Shown here piece by piece: positions 59,071-64,000 of a stretch of DNA of 64,000 nucleotides. The first letter of the stretch is position 1. Each line of letters opens with the position of its first letter. The position numbers were made by a program, and so were the translations under genes. The notes under the pieces were generated by a model. The model did not search any database, was not told the origin of the DNA, and was given only the letters and a program-made list of their open reading frames with translations. Origin of the DNA: Bacteriovoracia bacterium (GTDB lineage Bacteria; Bdellovibrionota; UBA1018; CAIPTA01); the NCBI GenBank assembly GCA_050246755.1, contig JBFWVL010000001.1:288001-352000 (forward strand), read 5' to 3'.

Positions 59071-61035
59071 ATGAAACTCAAACCTCTCACCACCGCCGCG
59101 ATCTCTTCCTTCTTGCTTTCGGCCTCTGCCGGCACGACCTCCGCCGCCCCCGAAGCCGCAAAAAAAGCGGAATTCAATATCTGCTATTTTTCGCTGAATA
59201 AATCCGACGAGTACGATCTCACCAAGAGCTTCATGAACAAGCTCAACGCCAACTCGGCGGTGAAGATCAACGTGATCGAGTTCCAGCCCGATAAAGACAC
59301 CATCGCCAATAAAAAAGAAGCAATCCCCAATACCGCCTTCCGCAAGATGGTGGAGAGCGGAACGAAGTGCGAAGGCCTCGTGATCTCGGGCCACCATACC
59401 GGATCCTACGGAGGCAAGCGGGCCTACGATAAGCAGCGCCTCGAGATGGACGTGATGGAAGCTCTTTCCTGCGATCCCAAACACGCCGATTTTTTTCGCA
59501 ATATCAACGCCGTTTGGCTCGAAGGCTGCCGCACCTTAGGCGTGGGCACGATCGTGGCCGGGCAAGAAGGCGATGAGCGGTTCAATCCCGACCACCACAC
59601 GAACCGCGTGGGCGGAGTGCTCGACGACGATCAGCTCGGGCAAAACTACGCCCAGCTCAACAACGAATTCACCAATACCCTCGACCAGGATAATCCCCTC
59701 TCTTCGCGTTACCTTCGCCTCTTTCCCTCGGCCAAGCTTTTCGGCTGGACCCAGACCGCTCCCGGCGAAAAAGCCAATAGCCAGTACTCAATGCTTTTCC
59801 ACATCGCGCACATGTCGCGGATCCTAGACGCGCAAAACGATTTTCCTAAGGAATCCCCTTTGTCTCCCACGATCACCGCCGATTCCGCCGCCCGCTATAT
59901 GGATGGGGTGCTCCTCGCGCTCGCGCGCTTCGGCAAGGAAGAACAGAAATGCGAAGAGCTCTCCACCACCGCCTGGATCGCCCACGGCACTAAGGGAAAG
60001 CTCAACGACCGCTACGCCTTCGATAATCCAGACCTAACCGCCTTCACCCCTCTCAGCTCCTCGGGCAATGAGGCCGTGCAAACCATGAAGGGCCTCGACT
60101 GCCAGCTCAAAGCCGCCGGCCGCAGCGCGGACATGGGCAAGCTGAACGCCGTGCTCGACGTGCTCAATGCGCGCCCCGAGCTCTTGCCCTACGCGTTCAA
60201 TTCCCTCGTGGACCTGCGCAATCAGGCCCTCAAGCAAGCCGCCGTGGACAAAAGCGAGGACGGCCGCAAGAAGAAGAGCCAATTCGCCCAGGCCATTCTC
60301 GACCGAATGAAAACCCACCCCACGGTGAAAACTTTCCTCGAGACCAAAATCGCTTCCAAGCAGCTGGGCGTGATGCGCAAGATCGACTACTACAAATTCT
60401 ATAACAGCATGACCGGCAAAACCGTGCCGGCCGTGCAGACCGAAATCGAAGCCCGTATTCTCGACGAGCTCAAAAAGCCCCTGCCCCGCACTTCCCAGAC
60501 CTCGCGCATGCTCGCGCGCAGCTACCGTAGGATGATGCTGGAATCGGGTTTAAAAAATAAATTGCTCAGCCCCGGGATCGCCGAATCGATTCTCGCCCTG
60601 AATCCCGAATACGACGTGCTCGAAGCTATGGCAAAATTGATCAACTTCATCCCATCCGACGATAAAGTGGCTCTCTTGGCCCGCCTGGCTTCTTTTCCCC
60701 AGGCCAATAAGATCGTGGCGGGAGAAGTGCTGACGGCCATTCATAATATTCTCGGCGACACTTCTCGCTACCAGAGTTATTACAATTCGCTTTGGGTGCC
60801 GCTGAAGAACGTCGACGACTACTGGCACGGGGAAATTCACGAAGATAATGGCACCGTAACCCCCGCCACTCCCCTCACCGCCATCCCGCCCGCGGGATCT
60901 ATCGGGGGACCTCCCGGAGTATTGGGCGCCGCGCCGGTACCCGTGCCCCGTAAACCGGGCCAGCCGGCTCCTCCTCCCGCGCCGGTGGAAACTAATCCCG
61001 TGGAAGACTTCTTCCGCAATATCTTCGGCCGTTAA
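59071..61035 (+). CDS. Large secreted protein with caspase/CHAT-like His-Cys motifs and Pro-rich tail
   Basis: Signal peptide; LVISGHH and VWLEGCRTL; helical middle; Pro-rich C-terminus. Confidence 0.7.
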   Translation: MKLKPLTTAAISSFLLSASAGTTSAAPEAAKKAEFNICYFSLNKSDEYDLTKSFMNKLNANSAVKINVIEFQPDKDTIANKKEAIPNTAFRKMVESGTKCEGLVISGHHTGSYGGKRAYDKQRLEMDVMEALSCDPKHADFFRNINAVWLEGCRTLGVGTIVAGQEGDERFNPDHHTNRVGGVLDDDQLGQNYAQLNNEFTNTLDQDNPLSSRYLRLFPSAKLFGWTQTAPGEKANSQYSMLFHIAHMSRILDAQNDFPKESPLSPTITADSAARYMDGVLLALARFGKEEQKCEELSTTAWIAHGTKGKLNDRYAFDNPDLTAFTPLSSSGNEAVQTMKGLDCQLKAAGRSADMGKLNAVLDVLNARPELLPYAFNSLVDLRNQALKQAAVDKSEDGRKKKSQFAQAILDRMKTHPTVKTFLETKIASKQLGVMRKIDYYKFYNSMTGKTVPAVQTEIEARILDELKKPLPRTSQTSRMLARSYRRMMLESGLKNKLLSPGIAESILALNPEYDVLEAMAKLINFIPSDDKVALLARLASFPQANKIVAGEVLTAIHNILGDTSRYQSYYNSLWVPLKNVDDYWHGEIHEDNGTVTPATPLTAIPPAGSIGGPPGVLGAAPVPVPRKPGQPAPPPAPVETNPVEDFFRNIFGR

Positions 61036-61097
61036 CGCGGCCGTTTAACCTAGGCGCGTATTGATTTCATTTAGGCAGGCGCAGTATTGTCTCGGCC

Positions 61098-61793
61098 ATG
61101 ATTACCATTCGTAAATCCAATGAACGCGGCCACGCCAACCACGGCTGGCTGGACTCCCACCACACCTTTTCCTTCGCGGATTACTACGATCCCCAGCATA
61201 TGGGCTATAGCGTGCTCCGCGTGATCAACGAGGATCATATCGCCGCCGGGCAAGGCTTCGGCACCCACGGCCACCGCGATATGGAAATCATCACCTACGT
61301 GATCGAAGGCTCGCTCAAGCACAAGGACAGCATGGGTAATTCTGAAGTGATCCGCCCCGGAGAAGTGCAGCGCATGAGCGCGGGCACCGGCGTGCAGCAT
61401 TCCGAGCATAGCGACCCCAGCGTGAGCACCCACCTGCTCCAAATCTGGATCCTGCCCGAGAAACTCGGCGTGGCACCGAGCTACGAGCAAAAGCAATTCG
61501 CCAACGATTTTTCCTGCAGCGATATGATTCTCGTGGCTTCCCGTTCGGGCCGCGCCAATTCAGTTACGCTAAACCAAGACGTGGACCTATACGTGGCCAA
61601 GGCCCAGGCCGAAGGCGAGAAACATTTGAAAACCTTCCCCCACCGCCACTTGTGGATTCAAGTGGTGAGCGGAGAGGTGCGCGCGGAAGGCGCCACTCTG
61701 GGAAAAGGCGACGGCGCGGCGATCACGGGCGTGGAGATGCTCGTGATCCAGTGGACGAAGGGTTCCGAGTTTCTCGTGTTTGATATGCCGTAA
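61098..61793 (+). CDS. Pirin family protein (YhhW-like)
   Basis: HGWLDS.HTFSF, HGHRDMEI, MSAGTG..HSE, LQIW. Confidence 0.95.
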   Translation: MITIRKSNERGHANHGWLDSHHTFSFADYYDPQHMGYSVLRVINEDHIAAGQGFGTHGHRDMEIITYVIEGSLKHKDSMGNSEVIRPGEVQRMSAGTGVQHSEHSDPSVSTHLLQIWILPEKLGVAPSYEQKQFANDFSCSDMILVASRSGRANSVTLNQDVDLYVAKAQAEGEKHLKTFPHRHLWIQVVSGEVRAEGATLGKGDGAAITGVEMLVIQWTKGSEFLVFDMP

Positions 61794-61829
61794 ATTTGCG
61801 GCGCCGCAAAACTTGTTCGTTTTCCGAAC
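61792..61829. repeat. REP-like palindromic element, copy B
   Basis: AAATTTGCGGCGCCGCAAA identical to copy A, then hairpin GTTCG-TTTTC-CGAAC. Confidence 0.7.
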
Positions 61830-61831
61830 GC

Positions 61832-61851
61832 TACCTCCGACGTCGGAGGTA
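61832..61851. repeat. Perfect 20-bp palindrome (possible terminator stem or protein-binding site)
   Basis: TACCTCCGACGTCGGAGGTA between the convergent pirin and TadA genes. Confidence 0.6.
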
Positions 61852-61855
61852 AAAA

Positions 61856-63226
61856 CTACCCGGCTTTTTTCGCGGCCGCGGCTTTCGCGCGCTGCTGGGC
61901 CAGTAAATGCTGGTGGTACTGCGCGAGCGTCATCCCCGCTTTTACCGCCGCCGCCTGCAAAGCTTGCATCTGCGCCGGGGTTAAATGCGCGAGCCCAGGC
62001 GGAACGGCGGCCGGTGCCGGCTTCGCGGCATGCCCCTGATTCTGGGCCGCACTCAAGGCCAACGCATGGCCCGCGGCTTCCGGTGATCCCTTCAGGGGAA
62101 TTTCTCCACGGAAAGGATTGTAACGCCCGCCGGGGAGGGCAAATTTTTCGATGGGGAAATTGAATCCGTTCACGGCGATTTCGTCGAAGAAGGTAGGAAT
62201 ATTTCCGCAGGGCTGCATCCCGCCGAGGATCTTATGGTCTTCGGCGATCCCGGTCTGCTCGAAACGGAAAATATCCTGGGTCGTATATTTTCCATGCTCG
62301 TCTACGCCAAGAACTTCGGAGATATGGGAAAGCTTACGGGAACCATCGTGGTAGCGCTTCGCCTGGATCACGATGTGCACGGCGCCGGCAATCTGCCGGC
62401 GAAGGGCGGCCAACGGAATCGTGGTATCGCCCATCATCGCGAGGGTTTCCAAGCGAACGAGGCAATCCATCGGGCTGTTACTGTGGGTGGTGCCCATCGA
62501 GCCGCCGTGGCCGGTATTCATTACGGTGATCAAATCGAGAGCCTCGGGCCCGCGCACTTCCCCCACGATGATGCGGTCGGGGCGGAGCCGCATCGCGGAG
62601 CGCACGAGATCGCGGATCGTGAGCGCTCCTTTTCCTTCGTGGTTGGCGGCCTTGGTTTCGAAACATACCACGTGCTCGGCGGTGATCTGCAATTCGGAGG
62701 CGTCTTCCACGATCATCAGGCGCTCGTCTTTGGGCATGAGGCCGCCGAGCAAGTTGAGGATGGTGGTCTTACCAGAGCCGGTACCGCCCGAGACGATGAT
62801 ATTCTTGGCCAGCGAAATGCAAAGCTTGAGGAAGTCGGCGCCGTCGGCGCTCATGGTGCCGAAGGAAATAAATTTGTCGAAAGTGATCTCGGCGGCTTTG
62901 GAGAACTTACGAATGGCCACCGTGGTGCCGGCACGGGCGGCGGGCGGCAATACCGCGTGAATACGCGAGCCATCGGGCAAGCGCGCGTCGAGGGTTGGAT
63001 TTTCTGCGTCGATCTTCCGTTTCACGAACTGCGCGATATTGCGGACCGCGGCCTGCAGGGAAGTTTCGTCATGGAACTTGGCGCCTTCCATGAGCTCGAG
63101 CTTACCTTTACGCTCCACCCAGATTTCGGATGGGCCATTGATCAGCACCTCGCTCACCGTAGGGTCGGCGAGGAAGTCTTTAATCGGAGCGAGGAAGGTC
63201 GCTATACTCTGGTCGAAAACACTCAA
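61856..63226 (-). CDS. CpaF/TadA family secretion ATPase with C-terminal extension
   Basis: DARLPDGSR, Walker A GGTGSGKT, VEDASEL, LRPDRIIVGEVRG, NTGH, HSNS. Confidence 0.92.
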   Translation of the reverse strand: MSVFDQSIATFLAPIKDFLADPTVSEVLINGPSEIWVERKGKLELMEGAKFHDETSLQAAVRNIAQFVKRKIDAENPTLDARLPDGSRIHAVLPPAARAGTTVAIRKFSKAAEITFDKFISFGTMSADGADFLKLCISLAKNIIVSGGTGSGKTTILNLLGGLMPKDERLMIVEDASELQITAEHVVCFETKAANHEGKGALTIRDLVRSAMRLRPDRIIVGEVRGPEALDLITVMNTGHGGSMGTTHSNSPMDCLVRLETLAMMGDTTIPLAALRRQIAGAVHIVIQAKRYHDGSRKLSHISEVLGVDEHGKYTTQDIFRFEQTGIAEDHKILGGMQPCGNIPTFFDEIAVNGFNFPIEKFALPGGRYNPFRGEIPLKGSPEAAGHALALSAAQNQGHAAKPAPAAVPPGLAHLTPAQMQALQAAAVKAGMTLAQYHQHLLAQQRAKAAAAKKAG

Positions 63227-63256
63227 CGGTCACCTCTTTGGTCGCCTGGCGCTACG

Positions 63257-63685
63257 CTAATCGCGGACAATTACTTGCCCTTCGATTTCCTGCACGGGGC
63301 AGTAAAAACGGTATTGCCCCGGCTTGGTGGGCAGAAAGCTCATCTGCTCCACGGCCTGGTTGGAAATTCCTTTGCGGAGATTGAAATCGTCCATCATGAA
63401 GCAGAGCTTGCGCGCGGAAGCGCTGGTCACGAAAAGTTTCACGGGAATATTTCGGCGCACGAAAATTTTCGCGGGCAGGTAGCCGGTGTCGGTGGCGATG
63501 ATGCCCACTTCTTGCACGCCGTGCTTATACACTTCCTCGGGCTTCACGCTTTCTTCGCGTACGGGCTGCACTTCTTGGGTGGAACCGAGGGCTTCGCGCT
63601 TTTGCGGAACGCCGGAATAATTGCTCTTCGTGGGCGCCGCGCCGGTAAGCGAAACAAATGCGAGTACGGCCAATAAAATTCTCAT
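63257..63685 (-). CDS. Secreted cupredoxin-fold protein
   Basis: Signal peptide; GYLPAKI, PTKPGQYRFYCP..GQVIV. Confidence 0.78.
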   Translation of the reverse strand: MRILLAVLAFVSLTGAAPTKSNYSGVPQKREALGSTQEVQPVREESVKPEEVYKHGVQEVGIIATDTGYLPAKIFVRRNIPVKLFVTSASARKLCFMMDDFNLRKGISNQAVEQMSFLPTKPGQYRFYCPVQEIEGQVIVRD

Positions 63686-63703
63686 GCGTCCCTCCTAAGC
63701 TAC

Positions 63704-63731
63704 TTATCGGGTTTTTCCTTAATCCTCTCGA
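63704..63731 (-). promoter_or_regulatory. Putative sigma28 (FliA-type) promoter for the cupredoxin-tadA unit
   Basis: TCGAG-N15-CCCGATAA upstream of SD AGGAGG. Confidence 0.5.
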
Positions 63732-63779
63732 GGGGTTTGACCGTTTTTCCCCTAGGGCGCAACTATTTGATATTATTGG

Positions 63780-64000
63780 CTAACGGCGCTCATAGCCGCT
63801 GGAGGGAGCCCCGCCATTGCCGATCTGCGACTGGCAGTCCGCCCCGGCCATCACGGCTTCCGTTTGGATCCACTGCCCTTCACTCTCGAATTGCGCGGGC
63901 TCCTTGCGGTTGCACTGAAAAATGAAGATGTCGTCGGCGGGGCAGCCATTCATCGCGGGCACCTTTACCTGGCCGCGGCCGGCCGAAATGAAATCCACCG
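63780..64000 (-). CDS. 3' end of an unknown protein (truncated by window edge)
   Basis: Open frame to the window edge with three Cys; no recognisable family. Confidence 0.4.
   Translation of the reverse strand, partial: VDFISAGRGQVKVPAMNGCPADDIFIFQCNRKEPAQFESEGQWIQTEAVMAGADCQSQIGNGGAPSSGYERR

Noticed and set aside
1-64000. CRISPR arrays, tRNA/rRNA, transposases, integrases, prophage or recognisable defence genes
   Set aside because: No spaced direct repeats, RNA gene signatures or characteristic motifs seen by eye

Overview
64-kb, gene-dense, moderately GC-rich bacterial chromosomal segment with about 60 CDS. I found no rRNA, tRNA, CRISPR array, transposase, integrase or phage genes. Many orphan secreted proteins and lipoproteins, several peptidoglycan hydrolases, pilin-like proteins, an orphan TadA and sigma54/sigma28-like promoters suggest a Bdellovibrionota/Oligoflexia-like organism (inference only). 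Contents in order: the end of a surface-glycan cluster (rmlA, rmlC, a methyltransferase, GTs and two convergent paralogous Wzy-like/Wzx modules); a lipid/ion block (EEP hydrolase, CPA2 antiporter, RmlD-like, PmtA-like, C45 hydrolase, ZIP, ComF); a pilin-like/mltD/FAD protein/rlmH/pfkA string; nadE, ndk and mdh-sucCD; a patch of orphan exported proteins containing a 146-bp element with 22-bp perfect inverted repeats; slt, purK-purE, an M14 amidase, a polyprenyl synthase, menA and a TolB-like lipoprotein; a pantothenate/CoA locus in which a divergent, shortened IlvC-like protein sits where panE would be expected; rmuC, vanZ, a secreted clan-CD-like peptidase candidate, pirin and an orphan TadA with an RHH-like tail. 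The best leads are the KARI-derived putative ketopantoate reductase, the caspase/CHAT-like secreted protein, the leaderless pilin-fold proteins, the IR element, a REP-like repeat and an RBS-occluding hairpin around a sigma28-like box upstream of mltD. All calls come from reading motifs by eye; no database searches were run.
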